A DNA stretch of 24,000 nt from Veillonellaceae bacterium (GTDB lineage: Bacteria; Bacillota; Negativicutes; Veillonellales; Veillonellaceae): positions 30,744 to 54,743 of the forward strand of contig JBHAEC010000106.1 of NCBI GenBank assembly GCA_041855385.1. Reading direction: 5' to 3'. Position 1 is the first letter of the stretch; every line of letters starts with the position of its first letter. Below are positions 1 to 8,258 of the stretch, in pieces. Both the position numbers and the translations under genes were made by a program. Below the pieces are notes generated by a model. That model was not told the origin of the DNA. It did no database searches and saw nothing but the letters and a program-made list of their open reading frames with translations.

Positions 1-1
1 A

Positions 2-775
2 CAAATTGCAGCCGGTGTTGCAGAGGATGCCACTTTTGAGGAGATGCGCCTGGGAGAGCTGGCGAAAAAGAAACTGACTGATGCAAACTTGCGTTTGGTT
101 GTTAGTATTGCCAAACGTTATGTGGGGCGGGGAATGTTGTTTCTTGATTTAATCCAGGAGGGGAATTTAGGTCTGATCAAAGCGGTAGATAAGTTTGACT
201 ACACGAAGGGCTATAAATTTTCCACTTATGCTACATGGTGGATTCGTCAAGCAATAACGAGATCTATTGCCGACCAGGCGAGAACAATTCGCATTCCCGT
301 GCACATGGTGGAAACCATCAACAAATTGATTCGCATTTCACGTCAATTATTGCAGGATAAGGGACGGGAGCCGACTCCTGAAGAAATTGCGGAAGGCATG
401 GAAATTTCGGTAGAGCGGGTACGTGAAATTCAAAAGATTGCACAGGAACCGGTTTCTTTGGAAACACCTATCGGGGAAGAAGAGGATTCGCATTTGGGTG
501 ATTTTATTGAAGATCAAGATGCGATTGCTCCTGATGAAGCGGCCAGTTATATCCTTTTGAGAGAACAAATTGACGAAGTGTTTTCCTGTCTGTCCGAGCG
601 AGAGCACATGGTGCTCAGTTTGCGATTCGGCTTAAAAGACGGCAAACCGAGAACATTGGAAGAAGTGGGGCAGCATTTCAATGTAACGAGAGAACGTATC
701 CGTCAAATTGAAGGAAAGGCGCTTACAAAACTTCGTACTCGTGGCAAACGGGAAAAAATTAAAGATTTTATGTAA
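2..775 (+). CDS. rpoD: RNA polymerase primary sigma factor (sigma-70/SigA), 5'-truncated by window edge
   Basis: The frame of ORF 44..775 stays open back to nt 2. Sigma-70 region 2 '[37 protein letters not shown]', region 3, and region 4.2 '[24 protein letters not shown]' are present. Confidence 0.95.
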   Translation, partial: QIAAGVAEDATFEEMRLGELAKKKLTDANLRLVVSIAKRYVGRGMLFLDLIQEGNLGLIKAVDKFDYTKGYKFSTYATWWIRQAITRSIADQARTIRIPVHMVETINKLIRISRQLLQDKGREPTPEEIAEGMEISVERVREIQKIAQEPVSLETPIGEEEDSHLGDFIEDQDAIAPDEAASYILLREQIDEVFSCLSEREHMVLSLRFGLKDGKPRTLEEVGQHFNVTRERIRQIEGKALTKLRTRGKREKIKDFM

Positions 776-788
776 AGAGCGGTTTGAG

Positions 789-864
789 GAGCTTATTTGC
801 TATACTGCTGTTATCCTTCTTGTCTTGGAGAGGACGCAGACATAGGTGGCAAATAAGCTCTTTT
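789..864 (+). terminator. rpoD terminator: long imperfect hairpin plus T-run
   Basis: GAGCTTATTTGC (789-800) pairs with GCAAATAAGCTC (849-860), with further internal pairing (CTGC..GCAG), followed by TTTT (861-864). Confidence 0.6.
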
Positions 865-890
865 GATATGGGAAATTATTAAAGGTATGC

Positions 891-920
891 TTGACGATAA
901 AGAACGATTTTCTGTATAAT
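891..920 (+). promoter_or_regulatory. sigma-A type promoter for the tRNA gene
   Basis: TTGACG (891-896), 18-nt spacer, TATAAT (915-920) preceded by TG. The tRNA 5' end lies 24 nt downstream. Confidence 0.6.
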
Positions 921-943
921 GGTACAGGTAATCCGTTTCCTAT

Positions 944-1018
944 GGGCCTATAGCTCAGGGGTAGAGCAACCGGCTCATAACCGGTCGGTCCCTGGTTCGA
1001 TCCCAGGTGGGCCCACCA
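944..1018 (+). tRNA. tRNA with CAU anticodon (Met by anticodon; features favour lysidine-type tRNA-Ile2), CCA encoded
   Basis: Hand-folded 75-nt cloverleaf: acceptor GGGCCTA/TGGGCCC, D arm GCTC-AGGGGTA-GAGC, anticodon arm ACCGG-CTCATAA-CCGGT, variable loop CGGTC, T arm CCTGG-TTCGATC-CCAGG, then A-CCA. G1-C72 pairs and there is no GGG/CCC anticodon stem, so it is not an initiator. Confidence 0.93.
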
Positions 1019-1027
1019 TAAAAATAG

Positions 1028-1055
1028 ACCGCCTTACTTCGGTAAGGCGGTTTTT
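1028..1055 (+). terminator. intrinsic terminator after the tRNA (10-bp stem, UUCG tetraloop)
   Basis: ACCGCCTTAC-TTCG-GTAAGGCGGT followed by TTTTT (1051-1055). Confidence 0.8.
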
Positions 1056-1070
1056 AAATGTATAAAGAAA

Positions 1071-1098
1071 ACCACGCAACCATGGCGTGGTTTTTTTT
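1071..1098 (+). terminator. second tandem intrinsic terminator
   Basis: ACCACGC (1071-1077), 7-nt loop, GCGTGGT (1085-1091), then T8 run to 1098. An A-rich tract lies upstream. Confidence 0.7.
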
Positions 1099-1287
1099 AT
1101 CTTTTTAAAATATTTAAAGCATTAATCTTTTTGAGAATGGAAGGATTGAAATACAATATAATTCAAGTCAGTAAAAATAAGGGATTATATTAATATTAAA
1201 GGTATTGAAAATGAGAATGAAAGAGAGTAATATAGAATTGCCTATAAATAAATAGTGGGATTTTGGGTTAGTAAGGAGGAGAGAAAA

Positions 1288-3474
1288 ATGGGATCTAAGA
1301 AAGCTCTTTTAGGAACAGTGATTATGGTTACTTCGCTTACAAATATCGCATTAAGCGCGGATAATACTCCCGGCAATGGCAATGGCGTAGCTATTGGTAC
1401 ACAAAGTTCTGCTCCTAAAGCAGAGAATGTTGCTATTGGAAAAAATGCCGTTATTAAGTACAGTAATGGTGCCAGCAACGCTACAGGAGACATTGCTATA
1501 GGAAATAAGAGTGAAATAGATAATTATGCCAGCCAGGGAGGGAGCATTGCAATGGGTAGCAATGCAAAAATTGAGAATATGGCCGGTGGAGCGGAAGCAG
1601 CATTTCCTTTTGGTCAAACCAGCTATAGCGGTAACGCTTGGTCCTCTGTACGCTTACCTGCAGACCCGACCAAGGCCTTGGGAAGCATCGCTTTAGGGCA
1701 GAATACCTTCGCGCGTACAGGTAGCACAATGATAGGAACACATAATTATTCCGGTGCTATGGGGGATACAACGGTAGACAGTGCAAATACAAAAGTCTCC
1801 AATTTAAATGTTTATAGTACTACCGTAGGAACAAACAGTAATAGCAACGGTGCGTTTACTACTGTAACAGGTGCCTATTCTATTATTTCGAGCGATTACA
1901 CAGGAGGGCGATTGTCTAACCCTAATAAAAACTTGGGTGCTGTAATCACAGGCTCGCTAAACAGTATTGAATCTATGAATTCCGGTTACTATTCCGGAAT
2001 TGCCAATAGTATTACCGGTGTGGCAAATCGAACTAATAATGCTAACGGTGCACTTATTTACGGTGCAGGAAACAGCATAACGAACTCCATCACTACGATT
2101 ACGGGGCTACCTGCATCAAGCGGCGATTCTGCAAGAGCGTTCCAGGATTCCCTTATGACGGCAATAAAGGTGAATAAATCGGCCGGAGCTACGATGGCTT
2201 TCGGTGGAGGAAATACGGCGGACTGGACATTACGATCAGCTTTGATTGGCGTTAATAATGAACTGAAAGGCGAGAAAGGAAATGAAAGTGTAGAGAATTT
2301 TATCGCCGGATATAACAATAAAGGGACAAAAATTGATGGCACAATGATTATCGGTAACAACCGAAACGTTGAAGACTCTAATAATGCCGTTATCATAGGA
2401 TCGGCTTCCGGGACAACTACTACAACAGCTGCATCTAATGCTGTTATAATTGGCATGGAAGCAAACGCAAGTGTTGAAGGCGGTGTAGCTATCGGTGCAT
2501 TTTCAAAGGCGTCAACCGGCACGAATACGGGAGGCTATGATGTATCCACCGGAAATGCCTCCTATACAGATGGAACAGCAACTTGGAATTCGGGGGCAGC
2601 AGCTGTTTCCGTGGGAGATGCAGCAACGGGAGTAACGAGACAAATAATCAATGTGGCAGCAGGAAAGAATGATACGGATGCGGTCAACGTGGCACAATTA
2701 AAGAGAGCGGTGTCTGCGGCTTCTGCAGGAAGTGCGGATAAGTACGCGGGGGATACGGGAAGTATCACCATTAATCCGGGTAATGTACTAACGGTTATGG
2801 GCGGAGCTACAGAATTAGCAGATGGAAACATTGGTGTTGTTGCAGAGGGAAGCACACTCAATGTTAAGTTGGCCAAAAATATCACGGGATTGGAATCTAT
2901 TACCACAAATACTTTAAATGCTACAACTATTGCTGTTGGAGATACACAAATAACAACCGGAGGGTTATCGATTACTAACGGGCCATCAATTACTAATACG
3001 GGTGTTGATGCGGGAAATAAACAAATAACCAACGTAGCTGCCGGAACAAACTTGAGCGATGCCGTCAACCTCGGTCAATTAAATAGCGTAGGAAATCGTG
3101 CAGAAAAAGTGGGCGCCGGAGCAGCAGCATTGGCGGCGCTACATCCATTGGATTTTGATCCTGAAGATAAGTGGAATTTTGCAGCGGGATATGGCAATTA
3201 TGCAGGAGAGAATGCAGTGGCAGTCGGGGCATTCTATCGTCCTAATGAAGATACTATGTTTAGTCTTTCCGGCGCCATAGGCAATGGGGAAGATATGATT
3301 AATGCAGGAGTAAGCTTTAAATTAGGCAAATCAAGTGGCCTTTCCACATCGCGCGTTGCAATGGCCAAAGAAATTGATAGTTTGCGCAATCAGGTAGAGC
3401 AATTGACTTCTGTTGTTACTCAGCTTTTAAATAAAGAAAAGAGCGAGAGTAATAAAGATATGGAACAGAAATAA
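1288..3474 (+). CDS. trimeric autotransporter adhesin (YadA-like head/neck repeats, YadA anchor, extra C-terminal coiled coil)
   Basis: ATG 1288 is preferred over GTG 1255 because the RBS TAAGGAGG lies at 1272-1279. Signal peptide 'MGSKKALLGTVIMVTSLTNIALSA'. Many 'xxAIGxxA' head repeats. Two neck motifs, 'RQIINVAAGKNDTDAVNVAQLK' and 'KQITNVAAGTNLSDAVNLGQLN'. Anchor 'ALAALHPLDFDPEDKWNFAAGYGNYAGENAVAVGAFYRPNEDTMFSLSGAIGNGEDMINAGVSFKLG'. Confidence 0.9.
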   Translation: MGSKKALLGTVIMVTSLTNIALSADNTPGNGNGVAIGTQSSAPKAENVAIGKNAVIKYSNGASNATGDIAIGNKSEIDNYASQGGSIAMGSNAKIENMAGGAEAAFPFGQTSYSGNAWSSVRLPADPTKALGSIALGQNTFARTGSTMIGTHNYSGAMGDTTVDSANTKVSNLNVYSTTVGTNSNSNGAFTTVTGAYSIISSDYTGGRLSNPNKNLGAVITGSLNSIESMNSGYYSGIANSITGVANRTNNANGALIYGAGNSITNSITTITGLPASSGDSARAFQDSLMTAIKVNKSAGATMAFGGGNTADWTLRSALIGVNNELKGEKGNESVENFIAGYNNKGTKIDGTMIIGNNRNVEDSNNAVIIGSASGTTTTTAASNAVIIGMEANASVEGGVAIGAFSKASTGTNTGGYDVSTGNASYTDGTATWNSGAAAVSVGDAATGVTRQIINVAAGKNDTDAVNVAQLKRAVSAASAGSADKYAGDTGSITINPGNVLTVMGGATELADGNIGVVAEGSTLNVKLAKNITGLESITTNTLNATTIAVGDTQITTGGLSITNGPSITNTGVDAGNKQITNVAAGTNLSDAVNLGQLNSVGNRAEKVGAGAAALAALHPLDFDPEDKWNFAAGYGNYAGENAVAVGAFYRPNEDTMFSLSGAIGNGEDMINAGVSFKLGKSSGLSTSRVAMAKEIDSLRNQVEQLTSVVTQLLNKEKSESNKDMEQK

Positions 3475-3511
3475 TCATAGTACAACAGTTTATATGAAGC
3501 TCATAGCAAAC

Positions 3512-3540
3512 AAAAACCGCCTTGTGAAAAGGCGGTTTTT
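3512..3540. terminator. bidirectional intrinsic terminator between convergent adhesin and MATE genes
   Basis: Perfect palindrome AAAAACCGCCTT-gtgaa-AAGGCGGTTTTT, with an A-run on one side and a T-run on the other. Confidence 0.85.
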
Positions 3541-3570
3541 GTATTTGTATTACATGACAGCGGTAAGAGC

Positions 3571-4914
3571 TTATTTATAGCGGTTTTGCATATACTGGAG
3601 CCTTACAGTATAGAGAATGCCTGCAAGAAGCAATCCTCCCAACAGTCCGTACCAAATTCCGATGGGACCATAATCAAGCACTTTTGTAAAGTAAAGAGCA
3701 ATAGGCAGGCAGGCACCCCAATAAGTGCCGATAGCAATATAGGTAATGATTTTTACATCTTTATAACCTCGCAAAATCCCCTGAATAGGCGTACCGAAGG
3801 CATCAATAAGAGAGAAAAACAGGGCATAAGAAAGGAATTGAGCAATGAGTCCAATCATATTTAGATCGGAGGTGTAAATAGAGGCAATTTCTCTCAGGTA
3901 TTTAAAACCGAAAGCAAAGACAAAACCGGCCGAGAAGAGAGCAAAAATGCGGGCAAAATTGGCATACTGTCTCGCATCCCGCAGCCGTTTGGCACCCACT
4001 TCATACCCTACGGTAATGGTAGCAGCCATACTGATAGATAGGGGAACGCAATATAAAATATTGGTAAAACTGATGGCCGCTTGATGAGCCGCAATATATT
4101 CAGCACCATAGGTACTCATAAAAAAGGCGGCAATACTGAATATACTAACCTCGCAAAAAAGTGCGATACCGATAGGGATTCCCACTTGTAAGATTTCTCT
4201 TATATAAAGCCAATCAAATCCATGAAAGGAAGAAAAAATACGATAGGCTTTTATTTCTCTGTTAAAAAAAGTGACTGCTATGTAGGCGAAAAAATTAAAC
4301 CATGTACTCGTGACCATGGCATAGCCGGCACCGGCACCACCATAGGCAGGAAATCCGAAATGACCGAAGATAAATGTATAATTAGCCAGTATATTGACGA
4401 AAAGGCTAATCACAACAATGATGGTGGAGTAATAGGTATAACCATGTGTATCTACCGTGTTGCGAAGAATGCAGACATTTAAGATGGGAAATAAGGATAA
4501 CGCTATTCCAATCATATAGTGAAGAGCAACTTTATGAACGTTGGGAGGGAGGTTTAAAAAACTTAAAAACGGATCCAAGAAGAGAACTCCCAATATGATG
4601 AGACCTATTGCCATAGCTGAAGATAACATAAGGCCGTGCTGGATCAGTCTGGGTAAATTTTCTCTCCTGTTTGCACCTAAAGATTGCGCCATAATAGGAG
4701 AGATACCTAAGAGAACACCTAAAAGCCCTGTAAAGAGAGAAACCCATATATTGTAGCCGATAGAAACACCGGCTAAATCTTCCGTGCCATATTGTCCCGT
4801 TAAAAAGATTGAAACAAAGGTCATAGCAAAGAGAGAGATTTGCGTTATGACCATGGGCGAAAAAAGTTTTAAAAATAGAAAACATTTTTCCTGTATTGTT
4901 GAGGTAGGATTCAT
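3571..4914 (-). CDS. MATE family multidrug efflux transporter
   Basis: 12-TM-like hydrophobic protein with a MATE N-terminus 'LFLKLFSPMVITQISLFAMTFVSIFLTGQYGTEDLAGVSIG'. Start chosen at the ATG giving 'MNPTSTIQEK' (AGGGGG RBS, ~448 aa). The track ORF runs on to 5034. Confidence 0.85.
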   Translation of the reverse strand: MNPTSTIQEKCFLFLKLFSPMVITQISLFAMTFVSIFLTGQYGTEDLAGVSIGYNIWVSLFTGLLGVLLGISPIMAQSLGANRRENLPRLIQHGLMLSSAMAIGLIILGVLFLDPFLSFLNLPPNVHKVALHYMIGIALSLFPILNVCILRNTVDTHGYTYYSTIIVVISLFVNILANYTFIFGHFGFPAYGGAGAGYAMVTSTWFNFFAYIAVTFFNREIKAYRIFSSFHGFDWLYIREILQVGIPIGIALFCEVSIFSIAAFFMSTYGAEYIAAHQAAISFTNILYCVPLSISMAATITVGYEVGAKRLRDARQYANFARIFALFSAGFVFAFGFKYLREIASIYTSDLNMIGLIAQFLSYALFFSLIDAFGTPIQGILRGYKDVKIITYIAIGTYWGACLPIALYFTKVLDYGPIGIWYGLLGGLLLAGILYTVRLQYMQNRYK

Positions 4915-5144
4915 AAGTCCCCCTGTAAAAATGTATATCATTAGAGTAATAATCAGTATAGTATGGTTATTATACCATAAATTATGCAATGGGATTAAAA
5001 GACGCACACTTTCAAGTTGCTTATTTTTATGCATGAATTTTTATTTATCTAAAGGAAGGAAAAATTCTAATGGAGAGAGAATTAACTTGTATGTATACAG
5101 TGGATAAACATATAGTAGAAAAAGATAAAAATGCATAAATGTAA

Positions 5145-5173
5145 TTGTAAAAAATGTTTTTTTGTTATAGAAT
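5145..5173 (+). promoter_or_regulatory. candidate promoter for the TerC-family gene
   Basis: TTGTAA (5145-5150), 17-nt spacer, TAGAAT (5168-5173). Confidence 0.35.
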
Positions 5174-5251
5174 ATAGATAAATAAAAGCCCAACAGATTC
5201 AAGGGGATCTGCGATGTAAGAACAAAGAGGCCAAGGGAGGGAATCTTCTTT

Positions 5252-5944
5252 ATGGATGAAATCTTAACAATCGCCGGGATGATAAAAATAGCACAGATTA
5301 TGTTTATTGATATCCTGCTGGCGGGAGACAACGCTATCGTCATTGGTATGGCAGCAAGAAAACTACCCATTTACTTGCGTAGAAAGGCAATATTCTGGGG
5401 AACCTTTGGAGCTATCTTTATACGTCTTGTGTTGGCAATCTTGTTTGTAGGGGCTTTAAAGCTAATTCCTTTCTTACATTTGGCCGGTGGTATTCTTTTG
5501 ATGTGGATTGCCATGCACTTGGTTATTAAAGACAAATCAAAAGAAGGACATAATATTGAAGCAAAAGACAGCCTCCGGAGCGCTATCATGACCATCGTTA
5601 TTGCAGACGGCGTTATGGGCATTGATAATGTACTGGGAGTTGTAGCTGCCGCAGAAGGACATATGGCTCTTGTTGTAGCAGGCATGCTTGTGACAGTGCC
5701 CATCATTATTTGGGGTAGCACTTTGTTTGTTAAGTTGATTGACCGATATCCTATTATTGTTTATATCGGTGGTGCCGTACTGGGATGGGTAGCGGGCGAT
5801 ATGATTATTGCCGACGATTTTGTTAATCCTGTATTGGGACCGTATGAGAAGATTTTTTGTGGTATTTGTGTACTTATCGTGTTTGTGGGGGCTAAGCTTA
5901 TCGAAAAGCTCGGAAAGTCCGGTGAAGATCCCGTTAAAGTATAA
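5252..5944 (+). CDS. TerC/YjbE family integral membrane protein
   Basis: 'FIDILLAGDNAIVIGMAA' and the second-half repeat 'IADGVMGIDNVLGVVA' are the duplicated TerC-family DN motif. GGGAGGG RBS. Confidence 0.85.
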   Translation: MDEILTIAGMIKIAQIMFIDILLAGDNAIVIGMAARKLPIYLRRKAIFWGTFGAIFIRLVLAILFVGALKLIPFLHLAGGILLMWIAMHLVIKDKSKEGHNIEAKDSLRSAIMTIVIADGVMGIDNVLGVVAAAEGHMALVVAGMLVTVPIIIWGSTLFVKLIDRYPIIVYIGGAVLGWVAGDMIIADDFVNPVLGPYEKIFCGICVLIVFVGAKLIEKLGKSGEDPVKV

Positions 5945-5993
5945 AAAGCTATGTGAGATTTAAAAACTGAATAGCATACATAGGAAGAAAAAT

Positions 5994-6029
5994 ACCGTGC
6001 ATTATATCTAAATAATGCACGGTTTCTTG
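5994..6029 (+). terminator. intrinsic terminator after the TerC-family gene
   Basis: ACCGTGCATTAT-atctaa-ATAATGCACGGT followed by TTCTTGT. Confidence 0.7.
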
Positions 6030-6151
6030 TAAATAAGGTATAATAGAAAGGCCGAGATGAGGAATAAAAAGCATAGCACATAAACTTCTTATCTTTGGCG
6101 GGGTAACGTCAAAAGGTCATATAATGGCAGAAAATAGCAGAGGTGAAAGAA

Positions 6152-6571
6152 ATGAAATTAGCTTTAATGATTATTGCTCTTGTACTGGTAGGAGCGTTTG
6201 TATTTACCGGCTGTGGACAAGGAAACAAGAAAGAGGGGGAAAATATGCCTAAAATTAATGCTAAAGAGTGGATACTAAGTCCTGAACAGGGAAAGAAAAT
6301 GATGGAAGAAAATAAATCCATTCAATTAATTGATGTTCGTACCGTGGCGGAATATCAAGAAGGCCACATTGCAGGAGCCAAAAACTTCCCCTTAGATCAA
6401 GTAGTAAGCAAAGTAAGTGCGGCATATCCGGATAAAACTACGCCTATAATCGTATATTGTCGATCCGGACGCCGTTCGGAAGAGGCGGCAAAAGAGCTAA
6501 GAAAAGCCGGATATACCACTGTATATGATATGGGCGGTATCATGGCATGGCCTTATGAAATCGTAAAGTAA
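6152..6571 (+). CDS. rhodanese-domain sulfurtransferase, probable lipoprotein
   Basis: ATG 6152 with RBS AGAGGTG 6 nt upstream. Lipobox 'VFTGC'. Rhodanese active-site loop 'YCRSGRRS'. 'LIDVRTVAEYQEGHIAGAKN' motif. Confidence 0.85.
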   Translation: MKLALMIIALVLVGAFVFTGCGQGNKKEGENMPKINAKEWILSPEQGKKMMEENKSIQLIDVRTVAEYQEGHIAGAKNFPLDQVVSKVSAAYPDKTTPIIVYCRSGRRSEEAAKELRKAGYTTVYDMGGIMAWPYEIVK

Positions 6572-6622
6572 TCATGAAAAGAAAGGTCACGGCATCATAG
6601 TGATTAGGATGTGTTTATAGAA

Positions 6623-8032
6623 ATGAGCGCAAAAAATTTTGCCAAGGAAAAGAAAAAAGAAAAGAGCAGTATTCCCGTAACTAAAGATACGATTTATGAA
6701 CTGGACATTACCGGCCTCGGCACAGGTGGGGAAGGCGTAGGTAAGATAGAGGGATTTACCGTCTTTGTGCCCTTTGCTTTGCCGGGAGAGCGAGTAAAAG
6801 CAATCATGGAAACAGTGAAGAAAACCTATGCAAAAGGGCGCCTACTCGCAGTGGTTCGGCCATCAAAAGATAGGACATCGCCCAGATGCCCCGTATACGA
6901 AGAGTGTGGAGGCTGCCAGTTACAACATGTCAGTTACGAGGCCCAATTAAAACTGAAAACACAGATGGTAAAAGACATGGTGGAGCGTATAGGTCAGATC
7001 GATCCGCGTCTTGTAAAGCCTGCGATTGGGCCGAAAGAACCTTGGTATTATCGAAACAAGATGCAAATGCCCGTCAGCCGAGATGAACATGGTATCGTTA
7101 TGGGCTTTTATGAGCGCGGCTCTCATAAGGTAGTGCACTGTCTCAGTTGTGCTATTCAAAAAGAAGGAAATAACCACATTGCACAGGTTTGTCATACCAT
7201 GGGAGAGAAGCTTGGCATTGAGCCCTATAATGAAATTACTCATACCGGTGTATTGCGCCATATTATCGGTCGCATAGGATGTGATGAGTACATGGTCATA
7301 CTCGTGACAGCGACGCCGGTTCTGCCAAATACAGAGGAATGGGTGGAAGGCATTTGTAAAGCCTTACCGAAAGTAACATCTATTATACATAACTATAATC
7401 CTAATAGAACGAATGTGATCTTGGGAGAAAAGACAACCGTACTATGGGGAAAAGAGCAGATAACCGATACCATTGGTAATACTACCTTCTTGCTATCGGC
7501 ACAATCGTTTTTTCAGGTGAATCCGGCTCAAACAAGTGTACTCTATAATCAGGCGCTTAATTATGCAGAATTAACGGGCCGTGAAACCGTTATAGACGCA
7601 TATTGCGGAACGGGAACGATTTCTTTACTCTTGGCACAAAAAGCGAAAAAAGTAATAGGTATTGAAATCGTGGAGCCTGCCATTTTGGATGCCCGAGAAA
7701 ATGCTCGGCGCAATGGAGTCACCAACACGGAGTTTATTGTAGGTGATGCGGCGATAGAAATGCCGAAATTGTTAAAAAAAGGAATACGGCCGGACGTTAT
7801 CGTCTTTGACCCCATTCGAGCCGGCTGTAAAGAAGAGGTGTTAGAGGCTGCCGTATCGATGGAGCCGAAACGCATTGTTTATGTATCCTGTAATCCTGCC
7901 ACGATGGCACGAGATATTCGTATCTTGGAAGAAAGAGGATATAAGACAATAGAAGTGCAGCCGGTGGACATGTTTCCGCAGACAGCGCACGTGGAAGCAA
8001 TAGGAAAACTTGTCAAGATAGACTCCCTATAA
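6623..8032 (+). CDS. rlmD: 23S rRNA (uracil-C5)-methyltransferase, RlmD/RumA family
   Basis: TRAM-like N-terminus. Fe-S cysteines 'CPVYEECGGCQLQH' plus a later Cys. SAM motif 'VIDAYCGTGTISL'. 'FDPIRAGC' and 'YVSCNPATMARD' catalytic motifs. Start is ambiguous (GTG 6611 or ATG 6623). Confidence 0.88.
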   Translation: MSAKNFAKEKKKEKSSIPVTKDTIYELDITGLGTGGEGVGKIEGFTVFVPFALPGERVKAIMETVKKTYAKGRLLAVVRPSKDRTSPRCPVYEECGGCQLQHVSYEAQLKLKTQMVKDMVERIGQIDPRLVKPAIGPKEPWYYRNKMQMPVSRDEHGIVMGFYERGSHKVVHCLSCAIQKEGNNHIAQVCHTMGEKLGIEPYNEITHTGVLRHIIGRIGCDEYMVILVTATPVLPNTEEWVEGICKALPKVTSIIHNYNPNRTNVILGEKTTVLWGKEQITDTIGNTTFLLSAQSFFQVNPAQTSVLYNQALNYAELTGRETVIDAYCGTGTISLLLAQKAKKVIGIEIVEPAILDARENARRNGVTNTEFIVGDAAIEMPKLLKKGIRPDVIVFDPIRAGCKEEVLEAAVSMEPKRIVYVSCNPATMARDIRILEERGYKTIEVQPVDMFPQTAHVEAIGKLVKIDSL

Positions 8033-8041
8033 GCAAATTAA

Positions 8042-8232
8042 AACTATATTTTAGAAAAGTTTGGGCTTAAAGTATCTACTCTGTACATTGCACAAGCTAA
8101 GAAAAAGCATGGTTCAGAAGTTAGGGAACACTATAATATTTCAAAAAATGAGAATCTGAAAGTTTCTCACAATGTCCAATTGAAAAAGAAGATGATATTT
8201 TGGATGCACTGAAGCATTTTAAGATGTTGTAA
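8042..8232 (+). pseudogene. decayed C-terminal extension of an RlmD/RumA-type gene (stop codons plus one frameshift)
   Basis: In the rlmD frame, after TAA-GCA-AAT-TAA, reads 'NYILEKFGLKVSTLYIAQAKKKHGSEVREHYNISKNENLKVSH'. After a 1-nt slip it reads 'QCPIEKEDDILDALKHFKML*'. This resembles the C-terminal tail I recall from clostridial RumA-like proteins. Confidence 0.55.
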
Positions 8233-8258
8233 TATTAAACCAATAGGGGGCATAGACA

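Noticed and set aside
1242-3280. Several track ORFs antisense to or out of frame with the adhesin gene (e.g. 2562..3068 -, 2058..2522 -, 1351..1617 -, 3098..3280 +).
   Set aside because: They lie wholly inside a well-supported repetitive TAA gene, lack RBSs, and translate to low-complexity sequence. They are typical shadow ORFs.
4915-5034. 40-codon N-terminal extension of the MATE ORF (track start 5034).
   Set aside because: The extension ('MHKNKQLESVRLLIPLHNLWYNN...') has no counterpart in MATE proteins. The internal ATG at 4914 has an AGGGGG RBS and gives the normal ~448-aa length.
5175-5251. Possible yybP-ykoY (Mn2+) riboswitch ahead of the TerC-family gene ('AAGGGGAUCUGCG...').
   Set aside because: The conserved 'GGGGAGUAG' and distal 'UUGAGAC'-type elements are not present, and the leader is too short. 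An Rfam scan would settle it.
5041-5370. 109-aa minus-strand ORF spanning the MATE/TerC divergent intergenic region.
   Set aside because: It overlaps the well-supported TerC-family start, is AT-rich low-complexity sequence, and has no RBS.
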